This document shows positions 13,441 through 25,919 of a stretch of 64,000 nucleotides of DNA, piece after piece. Origin of the DNA: Vicugna vicugna (lineage: Eukaryota); the NCBI GenBank assembly GCA_013265495.1, contig MU058366.1, forward strand, positions 1 through 64,000, read 5' to 3'. The translations under genes were made by a program, and so were the position numbers. Positions within the stretch are counted from its first letter, which is position 1; each line of letters begins with the position of its first letter. The notes beneath the pieces were generated by a model. It was not told the DNA's origin. It saw only the letters and a list, made by a program, of their open reading frames with translations, and searched no databases.

Positions 13441-13864
13441 TTTGTTTCTTTGTTTTGTTGGCACTCATTCAGAAGAAGTAAAATCCATTTATGCTGGAGG
13501 CGGGCATAACATCATCCTACAAACCATCCTCCCTCTCCTCCACCTGTCTGCCCAGTGGCCCCACTTGTCTGACAACCTATCAAATGGACTTAAATGAGAC
13601 AAAAAATGCAATAATGGAAGTAGTATTACTCGTTAGAATCTGAAGGTCTCAGAGAACTGCTCAACCATTCATATTTGCATTAGTGGTGAAGAGCTGCTCT
13701 GCAGTAAGAGGCTTCTCGCCATTTGTAGCTGCTGCTTGCAGGTATTCCACATTAAGTTTCAGAAACAAATTTTCCTGTGTAGAATCTAGTGGCAGCAGTA
13801 AATTGATGTTTCCTTGAGTGCACAATGGACACAAAAAGGACAATTTTATCCCTTCTTGATTTAG

Positions 13865-14077
13865 GTGCTGAATACAAGGATCAAACCAGCCAAAGGGAGA
13901 AGGAAGATGATAAAGTCATTCCTGGTAAAAGTCATACCTACGTTTGGCAGGTCCTGAAAGAAAATGGTCCAACAGCCTCTGACCCACCGTGTCTTACCTA
14001 CTCATATCTTTCTCATGTGGACCTGGTAAGGGATCTGAACTCAGGCCTTGTTGGAGCCCTGCTGGTTTGTAGAGAAG
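13865..14077 (+). CDS. F8: Factor VIII exon 4 (A1)
   Basis: ttag|GTGCTG...AGAAG|gtaagg; 213 nt; AEYKDQTSQREKEDDKV...GALLVCRE. Confidence 0.97.
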
Positions 14078-16264
14078 GTAAGGATAAGCAAGGGTAAGAC
14101 GGAGCTGAAGCGAGTGGAAACGCCCGGGTCTGCTCACCGAAGAGCGTCTGCACTCTTTCATCTGAAAGAGGCTTCTGTGCCCAGCACTATGCCCATGAAA
14201 AGGGGCATGATCCAGTCTCTGAGAGGAACACGTGCCCATCCTATGTAGCCATAAAAGTTCTGGAATTAGGTCTCTCTTCTCAAAGCACTTCTGCTTTCTA
14301 CTACAAATATCCTATGGGCTGTCTCAGTAGTGCCTTTTGTCAATTTTGTGTTAGGTTCCTGGAAACCTCCATGCAGGTAAACACATCCAAGTGTATGATC
14401 AATGGTGCCTAGCCCACTTTGGGGGTTTAGTTTGTCATCCTGGACCCAGAAACATAAAAATCTGAGAAAAGCAAGCATTTATATATGTTTATAAGTTTTT
14501 ATTCTAAAAATCATGTACTTCCAACTGACATAGTGACTCAGTATTTCTGTACATTAGAAAATGATCACCACCATAAATCTAGTTACCATCTGTCAAATGC
14601 AAAGTTATTACAGCATCATTGACTATATTCCTCATCCCTGTGACTCATTTATTTTGTAACTGGACGTTTGTACCTCTTAATCTCCCTCACCTATTTCACT
14701 CATCCCTTCAACCCCTCCCCTCTAGCAACCACCTGTTTGTTCTTTCTATCTGAGTTTTTCTCCATTTTGTTATGTTTGTTCATTTATTTTGTTTTTTTAG
14801 ATTCCACATATAAGTGAAATGACATGATATTTGTCCTTCTCTGTGTTACTTATTTCACTCAGCATAATGCTGTCTGGTCCATCCATGTTGCTGCAAATGG
14901 CATTATTTCATTCTTTTCATGGCTGAGTAATATTCCATTGCATATATATATATATGCAATGGAATATATATATATACACATACTACATCTTCTTTAGCTA
15001 ATCGTCTATTGATGGATACTTAGATTGCTTCCATATCTTGGCATCTGTAAATAATGTTGCTATGAACATAGGAGTATATATAATTTTTTGAATTCGAGCT
15101 TTCATTTTCTTCAGAAAAATACCCAGAAGTAAAATTGCTGGATCATAGGGTAGTTCTATTTTTAACTTTTTGAGGAACTTCCATACTGTCCTCCATCGTA
15201 GCTGAACATACCCACCAACAGTGCACAAGGGTTACCTTTTCTACATATCCTTGTCAACACTTGTTATTGGTTGTCTTTTAATCCATTTTGAATTTATTTT
15301 TCTATATGGTATTAGAACGTAGTCCAGTTTGATTATTTTGCATGTATCTGTCTAGTTTTCCCAATACCATTCATCAAAAAGGCTGTATTTTCCCCCATTG
15401 TATGTTCTTGCCTCATTTCCTTTAGGTTAATTGACCATAAATGTGTGGGTTTATTTCTGGGCTCTCTATTCTGTTCCACTGATCTCTATATCTGGTTTTG
15501 TGCCAGTACCAGACTGTTTCGATAACTAAAGTATAGTCTGAAGTCAGGGAGCATGATTACTCCAGCTTTGTTCTTTCTCACGATTGCTTTGGGTGTCCTG
15601 GTCCTTTATGGTCCACACAAATTTTAGAATTATTTGTTCTAGTTCTGTGAAAAATGCCACTAGTTTTTGATAGACATTGCACTGAATCTGTAGATTGCCT
15701 TGGGGATTATGGACACCTTAACAATATTAATTCTTCCAATCCATGAGCACAGTGTACCTTTCCATTTGTTTGTGTCATCTTCGATTTCTTTCATCAATGT
15801 CTTATAATTTTCTGAGTACAAGTATTTTACCTTCTTGGTTAGATTTATTCCTAGGTATCTTATTCGTTTTGATGTGATTGTAAGTGGGATTTTCTTAATT
15901 TTACTTTTTGATTGTTCACTGTTCTATCCCCTTACTTTCAGCCTGTATGTGTCTCTAGATCTGAAGTGAGTATCTAGTGGTCTTGTCTTTATACCCATTC
16001 AGCCACTCTTTGTCTTTTTCTTGGAGCCTTTCATTCATTTACATCTAATTATTAATAGGTATGTACTTATTGCCATTTTCTGAATTGTTTTATGTTTGTT
16101 TTTATAGGTCTTTCTTGTTCCTTTCTTCTTTTGTTCTCTTCTCTTGTGATTTGATAACATTTTTTAGTGTTATGTTTGGATTTTTTTCTCTTTTGTGTGT
16201 ATCTATTATAGATTTTTGATTTGCAGTTACCTTGAGGTTCATATATAACAATCTATATATATAC

Positions 16265-16266
<2 letters not shown>

Positions 16267-16305
<39 letters not shown>
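16267..16305. repeat. (TA)19 microsatellite
   Basis: Directly read. Confidence 0.95.
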
Positions 16306-16308
<3 letters not shown>

Positions 16309-16876
16309 TTTAGGTAGATGACCTCTTAGGTTTGAATGCATTCTAACAACACTACATTTTTACTCACCTCCACCACTTTTAATATTTTTTACTTCATATT
16401 TTACATCTTTTTGTCTTGTATGTCCCTTAACTACTTATTGTGGATGTAGGTGGTTTTGCTACTCTTCTCTTTTAACATTCCTACTAGCTTTATAAATGGT
16501 TTATCTCCTGCCTTTACTGTACATTTGCCTTTACCAGTGAGAATTTTCTTCTTATAATTTTCATATTTCTAGTTGTGGTCTTTTCTTTCTCCCTTAGAGA
16601 AGTCCCCTCAACATTTCCCATAAAGCTGGTTTAGTGGCACTGAACTCTTTTAGCTTTTGCTTGTCTGTAAAGCTTGTAATATCCTCATCAAATGTAAACA
16701 AGAGCCTTGCTGGGTAGAGTATTCTTGATTATAGGGTTTTCCCTTCACCACTTTGAATATATCGTGCCACTCCCTTCTGGCCTGCAGGGTTTCTGCTGAA
16801 AAGTCAGCTGATAGCCTTATGGGAGTTCCCTTTTATGTTACTTGCTGCTTTTCCCTTGTTGCTTTTAAGATACTAT

Positions 16877-16970
16877 GTTTTTTTTTTTTTTAGAAGAGGT
16901 GCTGGGGATTGAACCCAGGACCTCATGCATGCTAAGCATGCACTCTACCACTGAGTTACACTCTCCCCTC
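16877..16970 (-). mobile_element. tRNA-Ala-derived short SINE (Vic-1-like) nested in L1
   Basis: Reverse complement reads ggggagagtgtaactcagtggtagagtgcatgcttagcatgcatgaggtcctgggttcaatccccagcacc followed by an A tail; A and B boxes present; TSD aagatactat/aagattctat. Confidence 0.85.
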
Positions 16971-18430
16971 AAGATTCTATCTTTATATTTAATTTTTGCC
17001 ATTGTAACTACAGTGTGTCTTTGTGTGGCTTTCCTTGTGTTAATCCTTTTTGGGACTGTCTGTGCTCCCTGGACTTGGATCTGTTTCCTTTCCCAGGTTA
17101 AGGAAGTTTTCAGCTATTAGTTCTTCAAATATATTTTCTGCCCCTTTCTCTCTCTTGTCCTTCTGAGATCCTTATAATGCAAATGTTTAGTATGCTTGGT
17201 GTTGTCCCAGAAGTTTCTTAAACTGTCCTCATTTTTTAAAATTCTTTTTTCTTTTTTCTGTGCAGCTTAGGTGATTTCCACTACTCTGTCTTCCTGTTCA
17301 CTAGTCTGTTCCTCGCTATCATTTAGCCTACTGTTGATTACTTATAGTGTATTTTAAAATTTCAGTTATTGTATTCTTCAGCTCTGTTTGGTTGTTCTTT
17401 ATATTTTCCCTTTGTTAAAATTCTCACTGTGTGCATCCATTCTTCTCCCAAATTCACTGAGCATCTTTATGATCATTACTTTGAACTTTTTATAAGATAG
17501 ATTACTTACCTCCACTTTGCTTACTTCTTCTGATGTTTTTATCTTTTTCCTTTGTTTAGAACATAATTCTTCTGTCTCCTCATTTTGCCCTATTTTCTGT
17601 TTTTATTTCTGTGTATTTGGCAGCTTACATTTCCTAGTCCTGGAGAAGTGGCCTTATGTAATAAATGTCTTATGTGTCTCAGCAGTGCATTCTCCTCTCA
17701 TCACCAGAGCCATATGTTCCAGGGGTGCCCCCACATGTGGGCTGTGTGGACACTTCTGTTATGATGGAGCCACACTATGGGCATCCTGGTAGGGAGAGTT
17801 GGCCCCCAACATAGTTGGCAGCAAGGCCCTTCCTTGTGCAGAGGCTGTTGGTCCCTGTTGGGTAGGGCTGGTCCTGGTGCAGCTGGCTGCATGGCCCTGG
17901 GAGGCCCAGGGCTGGTGCCACTCCACTTGTGGGTAGGGCTGGGTGCCAACATGGCTGGCAGGGGGACTTGGGGTCCCAGGCTGGTTCTGGTCTGCTGGTG
18001 GGCCAGACTGGGTCCCCATATTGCTGGCTGTTTGGCCTGAGGGGTCCTGGGACTGGTGCCTACTGGCTGGTGGCCAGTGCTTAATGGCTAGAGAAAGGGC
18101 TCCAAAGTGATGCTTGCCAGCACCAGTGTCCTTATGGTAGAACAATCTTCCAAAATGGCCACCACCAGTGTCTATACCTAAGTTTTCAATTTTTTGAGCT
18201 ATTATAAACATTATTCTTTCTTACATTTTGATTTCTAGTTATTCACTGATACTACATAGCATATAATTTATTTTTAACAGCCTTATTGATATATAATTGA
18301 TATACAAAGAACTGCACATATTTAATGTGTATAATTTGATGACTTTGGACATAGAAAAACACTTAGCACCAAATCAAGGTAATAGACATATCCAGCACCT
18401 CCCAGAGTTTCCTTGTGTCTCTTAGGGTTT

Positions 18431-18454
18431 GTGTGTGTGTGTGTGTGTGTGTGT
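18431..18454. repeat. (GT)12 microsatellite
   Basis: Directly read. Confidence 0.95.
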
Positions 18455-18982
18455 AAGAACACATATGAGATCTACCATCTTAAGAACTTTTGAAGTGTAC
18501 AATACTGTATCATTGAGTATAGGCACAATGTTGTAAGCAGATCTGTAGAACTTATTCATCTAGCATAACTGAAACTTTATACCCCTGAACAACAACTCCC
18601 CATTTTCCCTATCCCGCCTCCTGCCATTATATGAGATATGTAAGTGGAATCATTTAATATTTGTCTTTCTATGACATTTTACTTAGCATAATGCCTTCCA
18701 GATTCATTTGCATTTTTGCAAATGGCAGAATTTTCTTCTTTTTAAAGGCTGGATAATATTCCATTAGTATTCCATTCTATATATCATGTATCTATTTTTA
18801 GTAATTAATTTTTAGAAACACTGATATAGGAGATGTGACACCAAAGAGATAACATTGCTTTCTCACCAAGAGACAAAGGACACATTTGTGCTCTCAAGCA
18901 GTTGACGGAGAAATGTGTCCCCCTAGTGTCAATTTCCTGTGATACGCTTTTCAATAAAAAAATGCTCTCACTTCTTTTCCAG

Positions 18983-19051
18983 GGAGTCTGGACAAAGAAA
19001 GGACACAGACCTTGCATGAATTCGTACTACTTTTTGCTGTATTTGATGAAG
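18983..19051 (+). CDS. F8: Factor VIII exon 5 (A1)
   Basis: ccag|GGAGTC...TGAAG|gttagt; 69 nt; SLDKERTQTLHEFVLLFAVFDE. Confidence 0.96.
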
Positions 19052-20253
19052 GTTAGTGAGCTGCTATCTGATTTTTGGTCTCCTGAAAGAAATGAAATAT
19101 ATTAATTAAATCTGGTCCTTGAACATGAGGGCTGTTATTGTCTAGAGGAAGTGATTATAGAAAAAGCATAAGCTACATTACTGTTCAGGAAGGAAGGGAG
19201 ATGGGGATTGAAATGAATTCCAAGAAAAAAAGTGCAACCTGAGTTCCAATGGAAGAAGCTTTTCTTGCATCCTTTGCTCATGCTGTTTCTTCCACTTGCA
19301 AAGCCTATCTCCAGCTTCACACCGATAAGTTTCTCCTTCTCCCCATGCTCTAGGTTAGATGCCTCTTTATATATTTCCACAGCACCTGGAGCTTCCTCCT
19401 TATCACATGAAATCATTGTCTGCTTTATTTAATATTTATCTTCTTTGACCCCGTATTCCTTTCCATTCAAGCAAAGTTAAGCTACTTCTGTTTTCTCCCA
19501 TAATACCCTGTTCTCATGTCTATTACATCACTCTTCACTCTTTATTACAATTGTCCACTTCTCTGTCTATTCAGGCTAAATTGTAAGCACCTTGAAGACA
19601 GAGGCTCTGTATTCTCTGTCATCAGTACCTAGTGTTCAGTAGTGCTGAGTAAATATGTTTGACTGAATGAATAAATGAGTGAATGAATATATAAGAATTC
19701 TCCAAAGGCTGGGTGCTTCAGAAAATTTCAGTCCTTTACACAAAGGGGCAACTTTAAGAAGCTGCTGTCTAATAATAATATTTATAGTGCTTTCACTCTT
19801 ATTAATTGAAATTAATTCCTGCCTGAACGAAGAAGGTTGGGAAGCTTTCGGGTTCTTGGGTTTTCATTGCACCAAGCTAACGAAGCAGTTAGGACAGGGA
19901 CAGATACTGATGAATTTCATCTGCTTCCTTTTAAACATGTTACCTAATGAACAAAATGAAATCATCATGGTGCAAACTTACCAATATTCCCCCTTCTCCT
20001 AGTTAACATTTGTTATTCCTTTCCACCTACTGATATGGATAAATATAGGGAGAGATAATCAGTTTGAGCAAGAAATTGCTTCTCCCTTTTTCTTACTGAC
20101 TTTGAAGGAAAGTCATCCTTGCCTACTGTGCTGATAAAAATGCTTAAGGAGTGAGAAGTCTTTGCCTCATGGAAGGGAGGGAAGGAGAAAGGGAAGGTCA
20201 GTCGTGAGACAGACGCATAAGTGGCCCTCTCTGTTTCCCTCCTCTCTCTTCAG

Positions 20254-20370
20254 GGAAAAGTTGGCACTCGGGAAAAAATGAGTCCCTGATGCAGGCTATG
20301 AATCCTCCATCTGCTTGGGCCCAGCCTACAATGCACACAATCAATGGCTATATAAACAGATCTCTGCCAG
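20254..20370 (+). CDS. F8: Factor VIII exon 6 (A1)
   Basis: tcag|GGAAAA...GCCAG|gtatgt; 117 nt; KSWHSGKNESLMQ...MHTINGYINRSLP. Confidence 0.96.
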
Positions 20371-20748
20371 GTATGTACAGCCTGCTCAAGAATCCTCAGG
20401 GTCTTCTGCATTCACTACCAGAGCTCTCTTCTCCAGTTCTCAGACAGTTCTGCACCCCAGAGGAAAGCCCACTGAACTCTCTCTGGAAGGTCTTATAGTA
20501 CAGTGGCTGATTCTTCTTCCAGTCACCTAAAAATCATGGACTGCCCATATACACAGAGCTCACAGATTTCTCTTTTCTTTTGCTTAAATTAAAATGGGCA
20601 TCCAAGAATGAACAAATATTTAAGGAAGCCTAAAACATGAAGGGAATATGCAAAGAGAAACAAATAAAAATAGATAATGCTTAAAACAACTTATCAAAAG
20701 CTGTAAGTAGTATTTTAATAAAGATTCAAGAAGATACCACATTGAAAC

Positions 20749-20941
20749 TACTATACATAAAATAGATAAACAAGTTTGTACTGAATAGCACCAAGAACTA
20801 TATTCGATATCTTGTGGTAATCTATAATGGAAAAGAATAAGAAAAGGAAAATATGTATGTGTATGTATAACTTAAACATAATGCTGTACACCAGAAATTG
20901 ACACAGCATTGTAAACTGACTAGACTTCAATTTAAAAAGAA
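20749..20941 (+). mobile_element. 5'-truncated L1 3' end
   Basis: L1 tail (ccagaaattgacacagcattgtaaactgac); 21-bp direct repeats at 20728-20748 and 20942-20962. Confidence 0.8.
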
Positions 20942-21149
20942 AAGAAGATACTGCATTGAAACAGTAATAATATGATTGGAGCTTCTGAGTTGGTGAACAC
21001 GTGGAGATTTGGGCAGAGTGCCCTCTCTAGGGGTGCCACTCTTCCATCTGGCTGTTCCTGAGTGACAGCCTGTTATAATAAACAGGTTATCTAGTAAGTG
21101 AAAAATAGTAGTAATAGGATTATATGAAAAAGTAACAATCAAAACAAAA

Positions 21150-21670
21150 ATAGCTCTCACTTGCATAGTTGAATGCAGGATGGTGCCATTCACAGAAATA
21201 AGGAACTCTGGAAGAAGATGAGGTGATGAAGATTGAAAATTTTGTTTTGTACATGTGGGCTTTATGAGATATCCAGTTGAAGATATGGAGAAGGTGACTG
21301 ACTGTGTGAGTCTGGATTTCTGAGAGAGATCTGAAATAAGAGCGTTAACAGCAGATGGATGATCATTAACACCATGAGAATGAATGATTGTTCAGGGAGG
21401 GAGACAATTTGATTAACAAGAGAATAAGGCCTAGGGATAAGCCCTGAGGTGACCTAGCATTTAATGGATGGATAGAGGAGACATCAAGAAAGTAGACAGA
21501 AGAAGGAGCAGTATAAGAATTAGGAGAACAAAACCCTGAGAGATTTTGGCACAGAGGCCAAGGGAGGAGAGAATTTTGGGAAGGAATGAATGGTCAACAG
21601 ATGCCATGAAGACTGAAAAATATCCATTGAATTTGGCAGCATGATAGTCATTGATGACCTTGGCTTGAAA
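21150..21670 (-). mobile_element. L2 remnant
   Basis: Purine-rich L2-like motifs (tggtgccattcacagaaataagg, ccattgaatttggcagc); boundaries approximate. Confidence 0.55.
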
Positions 21671-21811
21671 GTACCCCATTGTCTTTGGAAATTTGGTTCC
21701 AGTCAAGATAATAAAATTTGTAGGGACAATTCATCCATCTTATCTTAGGAAGTGTTTTCCACTTCAAATTCTCTAATTCTTGACCATAGTTGTCTTATTC
21801 CTACTTTACAG

Positions 21812-22033
21812 GTCTGATTGGATGTCACAAGAAATCGGTCTATTGGCATGTGATTGGAATGGGCACCACCCCTGAAGTACATTCAATTTTCCTTGAAGGC
21901 CACACATTTCTTGTGAGGAACCATCGCCAGGCTTCCTTGGAGATCTCGCCAATAACTTTCCTTACTGCTCAGACCCTCCTGATGGATCTTGGCCAGTTTC
22001 TATTGTTCTGTCATATCTCTTCACATCAACATG
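21812..22033 (+). CDS. F8: Factor VIII exon 7 (A1)
   Basis: acag|GTCTGA...ACATG|gtaata; 222 nt; LIGCHKKSVYWHVIGMG...FCHISSHQH. Confidence 0.97.
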
Positions 22034-22936
22034 GTAATATCTGTGCATCTTAAAGACTAGCATTATAAATATCGAACTCTTCTTTTAATGGAATTTACTG
22101 TCCACTGTCCAGTATAGGATTATATTAGATAGACCTCAACTGAGTTTCCCTAGTTTTAGCCAGTTTTCAAAGTAAATATTTTACCTTGAGTATAAGGGGG
22201 CTTGATTATTAGTAGTACTTGTGAATTTACTGGTGAATCTACCTGTGAAATAGACGGAGGGGAAATGGTCTAGGGAAGAATGATGTGGTGAAAGTGAGGG
22301 GGACAGTGTATCTATCATTGATTTCCCAGCACGATACCATTAATGAGGCTTCAATACTATGAAGAGAAGGACTTGGGGTCATAGCTGAAGAGATGTTTTA
22401 TGAGAAATTCAAGGAAATGGAAAAAAGTACAGTGCATAGGTTGTAACCATAAGGGCTCCAGTATATTGCAGTGCTCAATATGAGACAACAGACAACTGGT
22501 ATACATGGAAATGAAGTGTAGATACTTGGTAGGAGATGAGAGACATCTAGGAAACTCAGGGCATGTCAGGGGATAGAGGATACTGGGAGAAACAACATGG
22601 GAGTGGAAGTTGGTGAGCATATGTGAGGTACTGCATGAGGTTTTCAAGGACTACTTGACTTTGCAAAGGGTCAAAGGTCCTGTATAAGCAAGTTGGGACA
22701 ATGGTACCTACAGTTTCAAATTATTGTTAATATGAGCCCATTTCTCACTATAACCTATGAAAATTCATGTTACATGATCATCTCACCTTTATTTTCCTTC
22801 TTGTATATTTACTCTGATAACTCTTAATCTTGGACTGATCTAACAACTCTCTTTGTCTACTCCTCTATTGTCACCATTGAGAGCTTTTGGAGGAAAATGT
22901 TGAGGAGGCCCAAGCTTTCATGTTTAAGAGCACTTG

Positions 22937-23663
22937 TCAAATTACCCAGGACATATTTCACAGAACTAGAACAAATCATAATCAAATTTATATGGAACCA
23001 TCAAAGACATAGAATTGCCAAAGCATTACTGAAGAGAAAGAAAGAGGCTGGAGGAATAACTCTCCCAGACTTCAGACAGTACTATAGAGCTACAGTCATC
23101 AAGACAGCATGGTATTGGGACAAAAACAGACATATAGACCAATGGAACAGAATAGAGAGCCCAGAAATGAACCCACAAACTTTTGGTCAACTCATCTTTG
23201 ACAAAGGAGGCAAGAACATACAATGGAATAAAGACAGTCTCTTCAGCAAATGGTGTTGGGAAAACTGGACAGCAGCATGTAAATCAGTGAAGCTGGAACA
23301 CTTCCTTACACCAGACACAAAAATAAACTCAAAATGTATCAAAGACTTAAACATAAGACAAGATTCAATAAAACTCCTTGAAGAAAATATAGGCAAAACA
23401 TTATCTGACATATATCTCAAAAATGTTCTCCTAGGACAGTCTACCCAAGCAATAGAAATAAAAGCAAGAATAAACAAATGGGACCTAATTAAACTTACAA
23501 GCTTCTGCACAGCAAAGGAAACCATAAGTAAAACAAAAAGACAACCTACGGAATGGGAGAAAAGTTTTGCAAACGATGAAACCGACAAAGGCTTGATCTC
23601 CAGAATATATAAGCAGCTCATACGACTCAATAAGAAAAAAATAAACAACCCAATCCAAAAATG
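22937..23663 (+). mobile_element. Internal L1 ORF2 fragment with an uninterrupted reading frame
   Basis: [20 protein letters not shown]...[12 protein letters not shown]...KTAWYW...KKINNPIQK; no 3'UTR, poly(A) or TSD. Confidence 0.92.
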
Positions 23664-24922
23664 TTCCTATCACTCTTATATTAACCCTCTCTTCAGGTTT
23701 CTTGGTTGCCCTGGGAAAGAGATTTAATCTTACCATGCATCAACTATTCTCCCCTTATGTCCTATGAGTGACCTTGTCTATAGTCCTCGGGAGTGATGAA
23801 GAATAGGGACCTCTCTTCCTCAGCTATTACATAATATTTATGAGATTTTTGACAAGACATTAGGGGACAGAGGATGTCATACAGGACAAGTAAGAGGAAG
23901 TTGATCCTATAGGGACAGAGGAATAGGCACAGATACTTGTCACTATCTAGTTTGAAGCCTGATTCAGTTTAAGAGGAGTTTGTTTTACACTTTGTTTTTG
24001 TTTTATTCTTTTGACACTTCTTTACACTGATTTTAATCCTTGTTTTTCAGGTAAAAAAATGCTTTGTCTTATTAGGCCTCAGACAAAACCCTTCATTTTT
24101 AGATCCAGAATGAATTGTTTAAGGCCACATGAACCCAGACTAGTCATTTGCTGCTCCTGAAATCTGCCTTGTTCCCCATCATCCAGTAAACAGGTCTCCC
24201 TTCTTGGTATTGATCTTCAAAATACCCGCAAGGCATAGATAGGGTAGGGATTATTATCCACATTTTATAAAATATGAAGATGAAACTGAGATTGTTGAAT
24301 AGACTTGCTATAGGGTTTACAAGAAGTCACAGGTAGACATGCTCTTAAGACATATAACATATTTCCTTGATTCTAAGTTGTACCTTTTCATGTCTTTATG
24401 AATTTGAAATATGTCTTGAAATTTATATATATATTAACATTTTTTCCTGATGAGCTGTTATCGTAATTCAACTGAGTATATAAAAACAATCACTAGGTAA
24501 CTGTGGGAATGGGGAGTTGGTCTGACCTAAGCTTCCAAATGCTGAAAATATGCAGTTCCTCAGGTGTCCTTGTTTATTATTTGGGAGTTGGGGAGTGATA
24601 GGCCCAGAGTAAGTTCCAAAAGAGAAATATTCATATGTATTATAAGAGTAAACAAGTGAGTCTTAAAAAGGAGGTAACACATAAATTGGAGCTGAGTCAG
24701 GCAGAAGGGAAATGGTGAGTGCAAAGACCAGAGGAAGAAACCAGCAAGTCCTAGATATGGAGAAGGTAATCCATACAGGAGAATTGCAAGAAAGAGCATT
24801 GGTGTAGAGAAGGGAACACCTAGGAGAGGGCCTTAAAGGCTAATAAGAGAAAACAAAGTTGTAAGAGTTAAACCAAGGAAGTCTCACTGTAACCTGACAT
24901 GGTTTGGTTTGTCTGTCTCCAG

Positions 24923-25184
24923 ATGGTATGGAAGCTTATGTCAAAGTAGACAGCTGCCCAGAGGAACCCCAACTACGGATAAAAAATAATAAAGAAGAGG
25001 AAGATTATGATGGTGATACCTATGACTCTGACATGGATGTGGTCAAGTTTGATGGTGACAATGCTCCTCCCTTTATCCAAATCCGCTCGGTTGCCAAAAA
25101 GCATCCTAAAACCTGGGTCCATTACATTGCTGCTGAAGAGGAGGACTGGGACTATGCTCCCTCCTCCCTCACCTCCAGTGACGG
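24923..25184 (+). CDS. F8: Factor VIII exon 8 (A1/a1/A2; R336 and R372 sites)
   Basis: ccag|ATGGTA...GACGG|gtgagc; 262 nt; GMEAYVKVDSCPEEPQLR...FIQIRSVAKKHPKTWVHY. Confidence 0.97.
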
Positions 25185-25472
25185 GTGAGCACCTTCTGAC
25201 CCTTGGTGCTTTCTCTTCAAAAAATAATCAAAAAGTTCTTCCTAGTTATTCAAAGCAACAAATCCCTGAGCCATGTTTAGGGTTCGGCACAGGTACAGAA
25301 TCAAAAGGCAGGAGCATTAATATGTTTGAAAATTAACATCATGGATGCTTGTATTTTTCTCACTCCTTTCCTTGATTAAATCATGACAGCTGTTTCAGAG
25401 CTGGATTTTAGCTACCTGTCCCCTACCTAGAATTCTCTATTCCAACCTCTCATCTTTTTGTGTCTTATACAG

Positions 25473-25644
25473 AAGTTATAAAAGTCTGTATTTGAACAAT
25501 GGTCCTCAGCGGATTGGTAGGAAGTATAAAAAAGTCCGATTTATAGCATACACAGATGAAACATTTAAGACTCGTGAAGCTATTCAGTATGAATCAGGAA
25601 TCCTGGGACCTTTACTTTATGGTGAAGTTGGAGACACACTTCTG
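25473..25644 (+). CDS. F8: Factor VIII exon 9 (A2)
   Basis: acag|AAGTTA...TTCTG|gtaagt; 172 nt; SYKSLYLNNGPQRIGRKYKKVRF...GEVGDTLL. Confidence 0.97.
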
Positions 25645-25919
25645 GTAAGTTGAGGGAAAGCTATAACGTTGGGTTGGAAGAAAAACTCTAGAGGACTTCA
25701 AGTTTTTAAAACTTCCTAATTGAGCCTTGTCTACAATGGGCATGATCTTTTAAAAATTATAAATGTTACACAAATAAATGTGAATTATAAATTTGTTTTA
25801 AAATGTTACTATATAGAAAACAAATTTAATGCTATCCATTAAACATGTCACTTCTTTGAAATACTCATTGCTTAGACTTTGATACATATCCTTCTAGAAC
25901 TTTTCCACTAGTTATATAG

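Larger units (their letters stand above)
14530..18180 (-). mobile_element. Internally deleted L1 (5'UTR, ORF1, ORF2 pieces, 3' end) in intron 4
   Basis: Antisense ORF2 C-terminal peptide ([22 protein letters not shown]); 5'UTR/ORF1 homologous to the intron 13 L1; deletion junctions near 15280 and 15925. Confidence 0.85.

Noticed and set aside
16892..16968. tRNA-Ala gene calls for the three tRNA-like sequences
   Set aside because: A-rich tails, TSDs and stem-breaking mutations show they are SINE copies.
17517..18211. Overlapping GC-rich ORFs of 83-150 aa
   Set aside because: They lie in the L1 5'UTR and match the intron 13 L1 5'UTR; not host genes.
20275..20286. Extra N-glycan sequon (NES) in exon 6
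   Set aside because: I recall an equivalent sequon in pig FVIII, so it is unlikely to be novel.
22897..23727. 276-aa ORF as a nested or domesticated gene
   Set aside because: It starts in flanking intron, is plain L1 ORF2 internally, and has no promoter, splice or poly(A) support. Youth explains the open frame.
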